Shown piece by piece: positions 9,439-18,496 of a stretch of DNA of 64,000 nucleotides. The notes under the pieces are model-generated. The model had not been told where the DNA came from, made no database searches, and saw only the letters and a program-made list of their open reading frames with translations. Source of the stretch: a virus; IMG/VR virus record IMGVR_UViG_3300012039_000002, positions 64,001 to 128,000 of that record. One strand, 5' to 3'. Every line of letters begins with the position of its first letter. The stretch's first letter is position 1. A program made the translations under genes and the position numbers.

Positions 9439-10025
9439 TGGCTACCAAGGAAGAACTAAAAGAGGCGGTTTCTGAATCCCTCTTAGAGGCTCTTAAAGTT
9501 GCAGAAGAAAAACAAAAAGAAAGCGACGTTGTAACAAATTCAGGCCTTAATTGGGTTCTTAATCTATTAAATAAATTGATGCCTATGGCTCTCTTAGCGC
9601 TTATGGGATGGATAGCACTCACGATAGTTGACAATCAGAAAGATTTATTGGCAATGCGTCTTCAAGTTAATGCGATGGATAATACAATGAAAACCTTCAT
9701 GGATAAAGACATGAGGAAGTCGGCTACAAGTGCGCTTCTTCATCACTCAACAACAGTCAATCCTTGCAGCGGCTGTCACACGCGAAATGGAGTAGTTGTT
9801 CACACACTAGCGTCTTTGCCAAACAAGTCTCTGATGCCCGGGGATCTGTTTGAAATTAAGTGCGGGTCCTGTCACACTCTTGATAGAGTTTTGGCGACAA
9901 AGGGAACGCATGAGAAGTGGAAATCTGTTGTTAATGAAATGAGACAGAAGAACGCTAAATGGATTTCGCCTAGAGAGGCAATAATAATAGTTGATTATAT
10001 TGATCAATTAGAGAAGCATAAATAA
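9438..10025 (+). CDS. Membrane-anchored c-type cytochrome-like protein with two CxxCH motifs
   Basis: TM helix (LMPMALLALMGWIALTIV), coiled coil, CSGCH (9765-9779) and CGSCH (9861-9875). The C-terminus LFEIKCGSCHTLDRVL...W...V.EM...WIS..EA..IVDYI has the small class I cytochrome c pattern. Confidence 0.8.
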   Translation: MATKEELKEAVSESLLEALKVAEEKQKESDVVTNSGLNWVLNLLNKLMPMALLALMGWIALTIVDNQKDLLAMRLQVNAMDNTMKTFMDKDMRKSATSALLHHSTTVNPCSGCHTRNGVVVHTLASLPNKSLMPGDLFEIKCGSCHTLDRVLATKGTHEKWKSVVNEMRQKNAKWISPREAIIIVDYIDQLEKHK

Positions 10026-10774
10026 TGAAGATACAGAACCTGACTCCAGATTGGCTATTAGAAACATATCTTTATAGAATTCCCATTGAGTTCGATAATG
10101 ATAGACTTTCTAATTCAGCTATTCAGTTTTATATCGACTCTGCAATTAGCAGAGCTGAAATGTTACTCGATATCTCGATTAGAAAAAAGAGCATCGAAGC
10201 TGAAACGTATGACTATCGTTTGGAAGAATGGATGGCTGGTTTTGGATTTGTTGCGCTTAATACGCGTCCTGCTATTCGTGTGACTAAAATGTCATTGAAT
10301 GTTATCACTAGTGAAATAGAGATTCCAGCGGAATGGATTCAACTTAAGAAGAAATCAGCACAAGTCAATTTGATTCCTTATTACGGTATGCTGGCTTCGC
10401 AGAATATTGCAAATCAAATATTGATATTTATGCCGATGTTGTCTGCTACTAGTTATGTGCCACAGATTTTGCGAATTTCATATGAAGCTGGCTATAACGA
10501 TACTGATGACGTTCCGGATCTATTAGCTCAGCTCATTGGTATGAACGCATCAATCGGAGTAATGAATGTTCTTGGTGAAATTGCTCTTGGAGGCCAAGCT
10601 GCTTTGGCTGGTTACTCTATTGGAATTGATGGATTATCTCAATCTGTCTCTACGACGCTGTCAGCAGAAAATCATGCTTACTCGGCTAGAGTTAGAGGTT
10701 ATGAAAGAGAACAAGTTGAAATAGTTAAGGCTTTACGCCAGTACTACTACGGTCTACACCTAACGAGCTGCTAA
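10025..10774 (+). CDS. Head-tail adaptor/neck protein
   Basis: FYIDSAISRAEMLLDISI...YEAGY...GYSIGIDGLSQS...YSARV, typical of SPO1-like neck proteins. Confidence 0.8.
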   Translation: MKIQNLTPDWLLETYLYRIPIEFDNDRLSNSAIQFYIDSAISRAEMLLDISIRKKSIEAETYDYRLEEWMAGFGFVALNTRPAIRVTKMSLNVITSEIEIPAEWIQLKKKSAQVNLIPYYGMLASQNIANQILIFMPMLSATSYVPQILRISYEAGYNDTDDVPDLLAQLIGMNASIGVMNVLGEIALGGQAALAGYSIGIDGLSQSVSTTLSAENHAYSARVRGYEREQVEIVKALRQYYYGLHLTSC

Positions 10775-11580
10775 TGACGACACCAACATATCCATCTGCA
10801 GCACGAGGCGGAGCTAGAGTTCCCTTTACGCCGCTAAAAATTGACTATAATACAAAAGGCGCAATAGATCTTATCAAGAAGTACGGCAGTAGATTTGATT
10901 GGTATAGTGCTCTTGTATGCCCCTGCACGCTAAAAAGTCAGCAGGTAGAGCTAAAATTCAGACAGCTTTCTTGCGGTCTATGCAATGGAACTGGTTGGAC
11001 GTTTGTATTGAATAGCGAAATAAGAATCGTCCCTTCTTCGGCTAGAAGAGAAGAACAGACTCTTACATATAGAGTTGCTGGGCAAGGCTTGATGTCTAAC
11101 ATTTTTGTTAATTTAACATGTGAACCACAGTACAAGGTCAATATTAGAGACAGGGTAGTCTTTAAGGAGTCTGTAACTCATAGAAGTGAAGTCGTATTCA
11201 TGGATGTTGAGAAGACTTCGTATAAGCTCATTTCGCCTGCTATAGATCTTTTGCATGTAATAGATGAAACTGGGAAACACTACAATTCAACTAGCTATTA
11301 TACGGACGATCAAGGCGTCGTAATAGAAAGTCGAGACATAAGCGTTAATGCCGATGGAGAGATTTATTGGGTTGAAGGCAAGAGAAAGCCGCCTAATGGG
11401 ATGGCCTTCACTGTACTGTATAGCTTTTTCCCGGCTTACGACGTTATAACAGCCGCGCATGAAATTAGAGGGTTTGTGGCTGGCAAGCTTGCTGAAGAAG
11501 GCGGAGTGCAGGCTTGGGAAGACTTACCAAGATTTTTTACGGGAAAATTAGTAATTCCCGATGCGTATCTGTTTGGATAA
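10774..11580 (+). CDS. Neck/head-closure protein with CPC and CxxCxGxG motifs
   Basis: ALVCPC...CGLCNGTGW...RDRVV; located right after the adaptor. Confidence 0.7.
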   Translation: MTTPTYPSAARGGARVPFTPLKIDYNTKGAIDLIKKYGSRFDWYSALVCPCTLKSQQVELKFRQLSCGLCNGTGWTFVLNSEIRIVPSSARREEQTLTYRVAGQGLMSNIFVNLTCEPQYKVNIRDRVVFKESVTHRSEVVFMDVEKTSYKLISPAIDLLHVIDETGKHYNSTSYYTDDQGVVIESRDISVNADGEIYWVEGKRKPPNGMAFTVLYSFFPAYDVITAAHEIRGFVAGKLAEEGGVQAWEDLPRFFTGKLVIPDAYLFG

Positions 11581-11604
11581 CGCTAATAGAAATAGGAGCT
11601 GAAC

Positions 11605-13344
11605 ATGGAGAATAGACGAGTAATGCCGGGACTATATAAGGGCTATCCTGAAAGTCTTAAGAAAAAGGACAGCGAGGAAAGGGATCACACAGATCCTATG
11701 CACAAGCCTGAAGCGGCAGAAAAGGCTAGAGAAAAGGCCGAGGCTGCTTCTGACGAAAAGAAGGAAAAGTCCTATTCTCAAGATGATGTTACCGTTGCTT
11801 ATCTCCTTAAGGGCAGATCAAACGCTCAGGAGCTGTTCGACTTAGCAAAGGCGCCCGTTATCGGTGGGTCAATTTATGCTGGCAGAACGATGCCAAAGGA
11901 TCTTTCGCCTTCTGAGGGCAAAGTTATCGCAGCTCAGACAGCAAAAAAGCCGGGCGGTCTTACTGGTGGGGCTTCAGAGGAATTGAAGTCTCGTGCAGCT
12001 AAAGAAAAGCAGACGATGATGGACACAGCACAGGCTAGACTTAGAGCTCAAACAGCTGCAGTCAAGTCAGAAGAACCATATTCATTGGATTTCTCAAAGT
12101 CTATTCTTGATAAGATGGGCTTAACAAAAGCTAAGAAAGAAACTAACGAATCAGGCGAGGAATTTCAAGATGGATCAGAAGACACTATTGGCGCAGAAGG
12201 ACATGCGGCCACTGCTAGACCTATTGCGCATGAGGGCGGCGGTCAAGGGCCAGACCACCCTGGTACAAAAACTAAAAGAGCATCTCAAGAAGATGGAGAT
12301 CTCCAAAAATCCGACAACCTAACTGACAATCTTCCAGAAGAATTTGAGGAAGGCATTGAAGACGCTGACACGATTCCTAATGAGGATGAAAAAGCGGCAG
12401 TTGAAGGTAAGAAGTCTTTTACTTACGACGAAATGAATGCTGCTATTCTTCTCAAGTCTTCTCCATTTGCTCAAGAGATCGTTGACTTGATTAAGGCTGC
12501 TAGAGATGAAGAAGCAGCTAGGGATTACAAATATAACGCTTGGCGGAAGAGATCGGATGTTCGTGCAGCCAAATGGAAGTCAGGAATAGACGCCACCAAG
12601 AGAGCTGTCCAGCACTTCAAGAACAAGGCTGATCTGGCTGAGGAAGACGAAGCTGGAAAGTCTGAAGGCGAAGGCGATCTTGAAAAGTCTCACACAAGTA
12701 GAGTTGGAAACGCTTCTCCAACAAAGGGCGCGGCCGGAAGACATTTCGCCCGTGAGGCACGTGAAGACCAGAAGAAGGAGGATGCAAAGTATCGCATTCC
12801 TCGACATGCCTCTGTTTTAGGTTCTGGGGGAGAAGTGACTAACGTTAGTGACAAGGTGATTCGTGTTCGTCCAGCTCAAGGTGGCACAGTAGGATCAGAA
12901 GCTAAGATTAAATCGGTCTGTGAATTGAACAACATTCTTGAGAAGGCGGTAGAAAAAAAGCCCAAATCAAGAGGCCCAGGTATAGATTACATATCTGAAA
13001 GCAAAATGAACAAGCCTAACGTTAAAGTAACAGGCGAAAAGATGCATGGTCGAGAGATTCCTGCTAATGCTGCTCATGAAAAAGAGCTTAAGGAAGCGTC
13101 TTTACATACTGAACTAGATTCACTTCTTGAGAAGGCTAGACGCCCATCGTGGGACCCTAAGCCCAAGCATGTCGATGAAGACAAAGAAGCGTTCCATGCC
13201 GACTCCTTATCGGGAGATGCGGGATCAAGAGAGCATGAATACAAGCGTAAGCAAGAGTTAGCGGACAAATGGCAGGCTAAAAAGAATTCTCCAGAATTCA
13301 GAACAGCCTCTAAGATAAAGGATGCCGACGAAGGCGACGATTAA
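11605..13344 (+). CDS. Charged low-complexity protein; candidate internal head polyprotein A
   Basis: K/E-rich with repeated LxK[S/A/G] motifs; shares segments with the scaffold. Confidence 0.6.
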   Translation: MENRRVMPGLYKGYPESLKKKDSEERDHTDPMHKPEAAEKAREKAEAASDEKKEKSYSQDDVTVAYLLKGRSNAQELFDLAKAPVIGGSIYAGRTMPKDLSPSEGKVIAAQTAKKPGGLTGGASEELKSRAAKEKQTMMDTAQARLRAQTAAVKSEEPYSLDFSKSILDKMGLTKAKKETNESGEEFQDGSEDTIGAEGHAATARPIAHEGGGQGPDHPGTKTKRASQEDGDLQKSDNLTDNLPEEFEEGIEDADTIPNEDEKAAVEGKKSFTYDEMNAAILLKSSPFAQEIVDLIKAARDEEAARDYKYNAWRKRSDVRAAKWKSGIDATKRAVQHFKNKADLAEEDEAGKSEGEGDLEKSHTSRVGNASPTKGAAGRHFAREAREDQKKEDAKYRIPRHASVLGSGGEVTNVSDKVIRVRPAQGGTVGSEAKIKSVCELNNILEKAVEKKPKSRGPGIDYISESKMNKPNVKVTGEKMHGREIPANAAHEKELKEASLHTELDSLLEKARRPSWDPKPKHVDEDKEAFHADSLSGDAGSREHEYKRKQELADKWQAKKNSPEFRTASKIKDADEGDD

Positions 13345-13345
13345 T

Positions 13346-15040
13346 ATGGATCGACAGGAAATTGACGAACTAGTGGCCAAATCTACTCCCGAGTGGGCTG
13401 CTAAGAAAGTTGGCAGTGCTATTGGTAAGTTTGCTAAAGAAAACGTTCATAGAGTCCCTAAGGAGCGGAAAAACTTAGAACAGCCGCCACATAAGCCAAA
13501 GGATCCCGTTATACGACGCATGGCTGAGAGAGCACAGAAGGTCGGAGAGCACATGAGGAGCCATTATAAAATGAAGCCCGGTGAATTTGAAAAATATCAG
13601 GGAATTGCTGACGCTGAAGCGCGTCGAACTTCTAAGTCCATTGACGAACAAACTTCAGAATATTTTGCTAAGTGTCATTCGCATGTTCTTGACGGGATGA
13701 CTGAAGACGAACTAAAGAATAAGAAGAAAGAAGCGCCCAAGGCTGACGGCCACGTCTTTGGTAGCGATCCGAATGACAAGCGTGGCTCTGATATGGAAAT
13801 GGTGAAAAAGAAAGAGCCTGATGCTTACAAGTCTCTTGATGAAAGAACAGCTGATCTTCACAAGGCTGTTACGGGCAATAAGAAAGTCAAAACTGGCGAT
13901 GTTGATCAGCACGACGATCATGTTCGTTCTACGGAGTCGTCAAAGATTGAGGGTGGCAAAAGAGTAGGCCCAGGCACCGATAGATTTACTCATACGTCTC
14001 ACGATCCAGAAAAGGGCGAAGTAAAGATTACAACGTCTAATTGGAATAAGAAAACTCAAAAGTATGAACATGGAGAAACTACTCATCCGACACACGTACG
14101 CATGGGCCGCGCAACCGAAGCTAATCAAGATTTGCCTAAGAAGTCCTTGATTGCTACAGTGGATGAATTGCTCGAAAAGTCAGGCGTACGTCAGGTTCAT
14201 AGAGTTAAGGATCAAGGCGCAGCTAGTAAAGTAAAGAAGATTGATCCTAAGACTCTTTCACACGACCGCCAGCAACAGCTTCTTAGCGGTTCAGCTGCTA
14301 AAGTAAAGGCTTATCGTGAAGAGGGCTACGTTCCAGATAAGGACGACACGCCTGAGGTTAGAGAGCAGGACAGAGATCCTTCGAACAAGTCTCTAACATC
14401 TACGCTTGATGATTTGCTCAAGTCGATGTACGATATAGTGCATCACAAGCGATTCAGCAAGATGGATCCTGATGCTGGGATAAACAAAAAGAAGGAAGAA
14501 GCTATGGAAAGAGGCCCTTCAGACAAGGGCGACTACAAGCCCGGCTCTAAGACTTTCAACAACCCGCAGGATTCTCAGGATCCTAAGATTCGTTATAAGT
14601 CTCTTGATGATAGAACATGCGATTTAGTGAAGTCGATCGACACGCAGCGGGCTAAAGAAATCAGGGACGCTGCTTTGACCGTTAGACTTTCACGAGAAGG
14701 AATATCGAGTGCTGCTTCTAAGATGGATGTTAAGCCAGAGGATGTTCATCGTGTCGAAACAAAACTTACAGGACTTCACGCTGCTAGAGAATCTTCCCTC
14801 AAGTCAGTTTGCGATATGTGGATTGGCGAAACGTCGATGATAAAAGGCCATACGATTCTTCCGGGCAATGCTGTGGGAGATTTAGCAAAAGACGAACGCA
14901 AGCCGGGTGGTAGAACTCCAACTCTTCAGCAAACGGACGAGAAACAGAGAGAAGTAGAAACAGGCAGTATTTATCGCAGACAAAAAGCCGAAAAGAGAGT
15001 TAATGCTCTGAAAGAGGAACAGGCTTTCGGTAGCAAATAG
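13346..15040 (+). CDS. Charged protein with repeated KS..DLxK[S/A] spacers; candidate internal head polyprotein B
   Basis: Start probably ATG 13346, just after the previous stop; six spacer copies are visible. Confidence 0.6.
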   Translation: MDRQEIDELVAKSTPEWAAKKVGSAIGKFAKENVHRVPKERKNLEQPPHKPKDPVIRRMAERAQKVGEHMRSHYKMKPGEFEKYQGIADAEARRTSKSIDEQTSEYFAKCHSHVLDGMTEDELKNKKKEAPKADGHVFGSDPNDKRGSDMEMVKKKEPDAYKSLDERTADLHKAVTGNKKVKTGDVDQHDDHVRSTESSKIEGGKRVGPGTDRFTHTSHDPEKGEVKITTSNWNKKTQKYEHGETTHPTHVRMGRATEANQDLPKKSLIATVDELLEKSGVRQVHRVKDQGAASKVKKIDPKTLSHDRQQQLLSGSAAKVKAYREEGYVPDKDDTPEVREQDRDPSNKSLTSTLDDLLKSMYDIVHHKRFSKMDPDAGINKKKEEAMERGPSDKGDYKPGSKTFNNPQDSQDPKIRYKSLDDRTCDLVKSIDTQRAKEIRDAALTVRLSREGISSAASKMDVKPEDVHRVETKLTGLHAARESSLKSVCDMWIGETSMIKGHTILPGNAVGDLAKDERKPGGRTPTLQQTDEKQREVETGSIYRRQKAEKRVNALKEEQAFGSK

Positions 15041-15092
15041 CGTATCAGCTTCGCCACAGCATCGTTCAGTACGATCTAAATGAGGGCAATGA

Positions 15093-15740
15093 ATGTTCCC
15101 GTTTAACGAATATAAGTTACTTAAGATCATAAGATCTGCCTTTGATGCTCTAAAAGAATCAGGCAGCTCTTTCGATAAGACTTTCCAGTATCTTTTCGAT
15201 GAGATGGATTTGAGTCTTGAGGAACGACAAGCCTTTAAAGACACGATAATCAACAATAAAATTGCATATCATACGACGTATGCTAATTTGCCGGTGAATA
15301 CGCCAATTATTACATGCGTTATGGATCAAGAAGTCAACATTGAAAGTGAAAAGCCTATTGGTTACGAAATGGGTGAAAACTCTGTAACTGATGCGGCGGG
15401 CAATGTGATCGCAACCGATGAATTGGGCTATATAGAGATGGGAGCCTATTCAGTAAACGTCATTGCTAAGCAGATATTACTTGTAAGGCTTTTGGGAGCT
15501 TTCGTAAAGTTTATTTTTGAGAAATACGCATCAGCCAACGACGATATAATTGACTTGGACGTCAACGTGGACAGGTTTTCTCCCGATGCTGACTATTTCC
15601 CAACTGATTCGTTCCACATACACATAACTCTTCGTTTTAGGTATGTTGAGACTTGGGATGAACTTACGTCTCCAATTGCCCAGATCTTCATGATGTCCTG
15701 TGGCACAGATTTCTGGCAAAATATCATGGGCGAAAATTGA
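15093..15740 (+). CDS. Probable tail completion/terminator protein
   Basis: Acidic 215-aa protein immediately before the sheath; positional call. Confidence 0.55.
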   Translation: MFPFNEYKLLKIIRSAFDALKESGSSFDKTFQYLFDEMDLSLEERQAFKDTIINNKIAYHTTYANLPVNTPIITCVMDQEVNIESEKPIGYEMGENSVTDAAGNVIATDELGYIEMGAYSVNVIAKQILLVRLLGAFVKFIFEKYASANDDIIDLDVNVDRFSPDADYFPTDSFHIHITLRFRYVETWDELTSPIAQIFMMSCGTDFWQNIMGEN

Positions 15741-15757
15741 AAAACGCCATAGATTTG

Positions 15758-15767
15758 TTAATTTATA
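15758..15767 (+). promoter_or_regulatory. Candidate late promoter motif TTAATTTATA
   Basis: Identical 10-mer at the start of three modules (15758, 34878, 58486). Confidence 0.5.
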
Positions 15768-15813
15768 AAAATGACATAGGTTTTTCTCTACTCTATGTGA
15801 TAGGAGAATGTTA

Positions 15814-17694
15814 ATGGGCGTATATTTCAATGGTAGATACTACATCAAGCCTCAGGTGGCAACTTACGTAGATGATAGTGCGTTGACACCGATTGGACTT
15901 GTAGGCTCTAATGTAATAGGAATGATGGGTCCGGCTAAAGACGGTATCCCAAATCAGGCTTATCTCTTAACGTCCCTTAATGACGCCACTGACATTTTCG
16001 GTGAAGGACCTCTTGTCGACGGTGTTGCTATGGCGTTCAATGGCGGTGCTCAGTATATTTGGGCAACTCGTGTTGGTGGAACATACGATGGTGCTACTCG
16101 TCTATTCACGGGCGCTCCTTCGCAAGCATTCTTTGAAACAGCCGATGGTACAGGTATCCCATTCAAGCTCCTTTCGAACGCTTACGGCACACAGGCTAAT
16201 GGAATTTCAGTTACAACACACGCAACGGGATCTTCTGCTTCTGTTCGTGGTGTCACAGTCTCGGTTTCTGCCCAGGGAAACACAATTATGGGTGAAGGAA
16301 TCTTCTACGACACTCTTAAGATTGCTGCCGGTGCTGGTTCTCCTGCATCTACCTCTTTTACGGTTGCTTCAGGCATCTTGACTATTACTGATGGCACAAA
16401 TACTGGGCCAACCATTGCTTTAGCTGGTGTCGCTTCTACAACTGATTTGGTCGAAAGAATCAAGGCTGACATGCAGTTGGCTACTCCTGGTGCGATCGAC
16501 GATACAAAGTTCACATTTACTGTTCTCAAGGAAGTTCCAGGGACGCAACTTGATGACGGCGCTGTAAGCGTTGCTACAGGAAACACAGATACGCTACGTG
16601 CAGACGTCAAGGCTGTGTTCGATTGGATTAACGCCGGAGTTCAGCCATATGTGTACGCCGAAGATTCTGATGACATCTTTACAAGTACAGCTGTAAAAGA
16701 TCTAGACCTTTTACGAACAGCGAATACTCCAGGTACGATATTCACATTCAACATGGCAGATGGAACTCTAGCTACTATAGGATCGATTGACTCAACAACC
16801 TATACTGGTGTCCTTGCTGAAATCTACGAAGATCTTGATATCGATCTAGTAGTGCCAATTGTTGATGATTATCTTGGAGTCACAAACTCTGATGATGCCG
16901 CTGCAATCTTTTCTGCTACTCTAAGTCATTGCAAGGCAATGAGCACAATCAAGTCCGAAGAAAGAATCGGCCTTGTGGGTTATCAGTTTGAAGCAGGAGT
17001 TTTGCCAGCCGGCACGACTTCTATCTCTGACGGCGATGCTGACCTTCTTGTTACTGACTTGAAGGCCAATGCCGCTACATTCAATTCTCCATACATGGTT
17101 GTTTGCACTCCAAGACTAAAGGCTTTCGATACAAAGGGAATTCTTAAGCTCTTCAACGGTACGTATACTGCGGCTTATGTTGCAGGTCTTATTGCTTCAT
17201 TCCCAGTGGGTGAGCCAATTACTAACAAGGACATCACGGGCATTCAGGGGCTTTCAACTTACTTCAAGAACAGACAAATTCTCCAATTGATTGACAACGG
17301 AGTTTGCACAATAGAACGTGTAGGCGCAGCGCTTAAGGTTGTACAAGGCGTGACGTCTTGGATCTCGGACGACAACTTCAACAAGAAAGAAATCTCTGTC
17401 CGATTGGTGACCAACTACATCGCCAAGAATTGCAGAGAAAATTTGAAGCAATTTATCGGTAGAAAGAACTCTCTACAGATGCTTCAGATCATTAAGGGAT
17501 CATTGGTGCAGGTTCTTAGAGAACTTGAAAACAATGAGATCATCGTTGGTACGCCAACTTATCCCGCTTATAGAAATCTTTCTTTGTCAGCTGATGGTGA
17601 CGTTGTTCGTGTGTCTTTTGAATGTTCGCCAGTGCTTCCAATTAACTACATACTAATCACAATCCATGCGACCGTCTTCAAAGCAACGATCTAA
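15814..17694 (+). CDS. Tail sheath protein
   Basis: MGVYFNGRYYIKP N-terminus; GEPITNK, LIDNGV, VVQGVT, KEISV, FIGRKN and PVLPINYILIT. Start at 15814 fits the TAGGAG spacing. Confidence 0.95.
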   Translation: MGVYFNGRYYIKPQVATYVDDSALTPIGLVGSNVIGMMGPAKDGIPNQAYLLTSLNDATDIFGEGPLVDGVAMAFNGGAQYIWATRVGGTYDGATRLFTGAPSQAFFETADGTGIPFKLLSNAYGTQANGISVTTHATGSSASVRGVTVSVSAQGNTIMGEGIFYDTLKIAAGAGSPASTSFTVASGILTITDGTNTGPTIALAGVASTTDLVERIKADMQLATPGAIDDTKFTFTVLKEVPGTQLDDGAVSVATGNTDTLRADVKAVFDWINAGVQPYVYAEDSDDIFTSTAVKDLDLLRTANTPGTIFTFNMADGTLATIGSIDSTTYTGVLAEIYEDLDIDLVVPIVDDYLGVTNSDDAAAIFSATLSHCKAMSTIKSEERIGLVGYQFEAGVLPAGTTSISDGDADLLVTDLKANAATFNSPYMVVCTPRLKAFDTKGILKLFNGTYTAAYVAGLIASFPVGEPITNKDITGIQGLSTYFKNRQILQLIDNGVCTIERVGAALKVVQGVTSWISDDNFNKKEISVRLVTNYIAKNCRENLKQFIGRKNSLQMLQIIKGSLVQVLRELENNEIIVGTPTYPAYRNLSLSADGDVVRVSFECSPVLPINYILITIHATVFKATI

Positions 17695-17710
17695 CTAAGG
17701 AGTTATCATA

Positions 17711-18148
17711 ATGGCTAAAGTTTATTCAGGCAATACTATCATGGTGGTTATCAAGAACAAGCCTGTTGGCTTGCTCCAAGATATGACCGCCGATGAAGAT
17801 TTTGCTCCGGAAGCTGCCTCTGGAATCGGTGATCCTAGAGTAGTTGAATGGGTGCCTACAATGTATAGAGTTTCTCTGACTGTGGCATCGATGTCACTAA
17901 AGAAAGATTCTCTATTCAATGTCGGTGTCTTCCCAGAAGGCATAGACAAGTATTTGGCAACCGAACCTTTCACGGTCGTTGTCATCGACAAGGTCTCTAA
18001 GCAAACAATTCGTCAATATAACAACTGTATCTTTTCACGAGGAACAGTCTCAGTTAGAAAGCATACGATCGTATCTCACAACTGCACACTGCTCGCAACT
18101 GAAGCTGTGGCTGGAGATGCAGCTGGATTCACTGAAACTGTAGCATAA
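17711..18148 (+). CDS. Tail tube protein
   Basis: VYSGNTIMVVIKNKPVG...GIGDPRVVEWVP; follows the sheath. Confidence 0.88.
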   Translation: MAKVYSGNTIMVVIKNKPVGLLQDMTADEDFAPEAASGIGDPRVVEWVPTMYRVSLTVASMSLKKDSLFNVGVFPEGIDKYLATEPFTVVVIDKVSKQTIRQYNNCIFSRGTVSVRKHTIVSHNCTLLATEAVAGDAAGFTETVA

Positions 18149-18166
18149 TAAATAAAGAGGTGTAAA

Positions 18167-18496
18167 ATGGCTCAGAAAATTTCGCAGTATTTTACGTACA
18201 AAATTGGTGAAAAAGAATACAAGATAAGATATAAAACGCCCAAAGTGGGAGAGCAGATAGCGATAGGTCAGGCATATGCAGCATTGAAGGCTGGATTCCC
18301 GACACTGGATGAAGTTGCTGATGTTTTGGCCTACGCTACTGCTACTCTTAGTGTTGTTATTATAGATCGCCCCGCCGACCTCATTTTCGAAGACATAGAT
18401 GCGTCTGACTGGAAAACTCTCCGTCAAATGCTGACTGATTATCAATCATTTGCCTTTTTTCGTGACAAGGCTCCAGCAGAATCTACTCCGTCGTGA
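18167..18496 (+). CDS. Tail assembly chaperone
   Basis: Lies between tube and tape measure; ends near FFR, encoded by the slippery run TTT TTT CGT. Confidence 0.8.
   Translation: MAQKISQYFTYKIGEKEYKIRYKTPKVGEQIAIGQAYAALKAGFPTLDEVADVLAYATATLSVVIIDRPADLIFEDIDASDWKTLRQMLTDYQSFAFFRDKAPAESTPS

Noticed and set aside
10774-11580. Second haem protein
   Set aside because: CPC and CGLCNG lack the CxxCH histidine and fit a zinc site in a neck protein.
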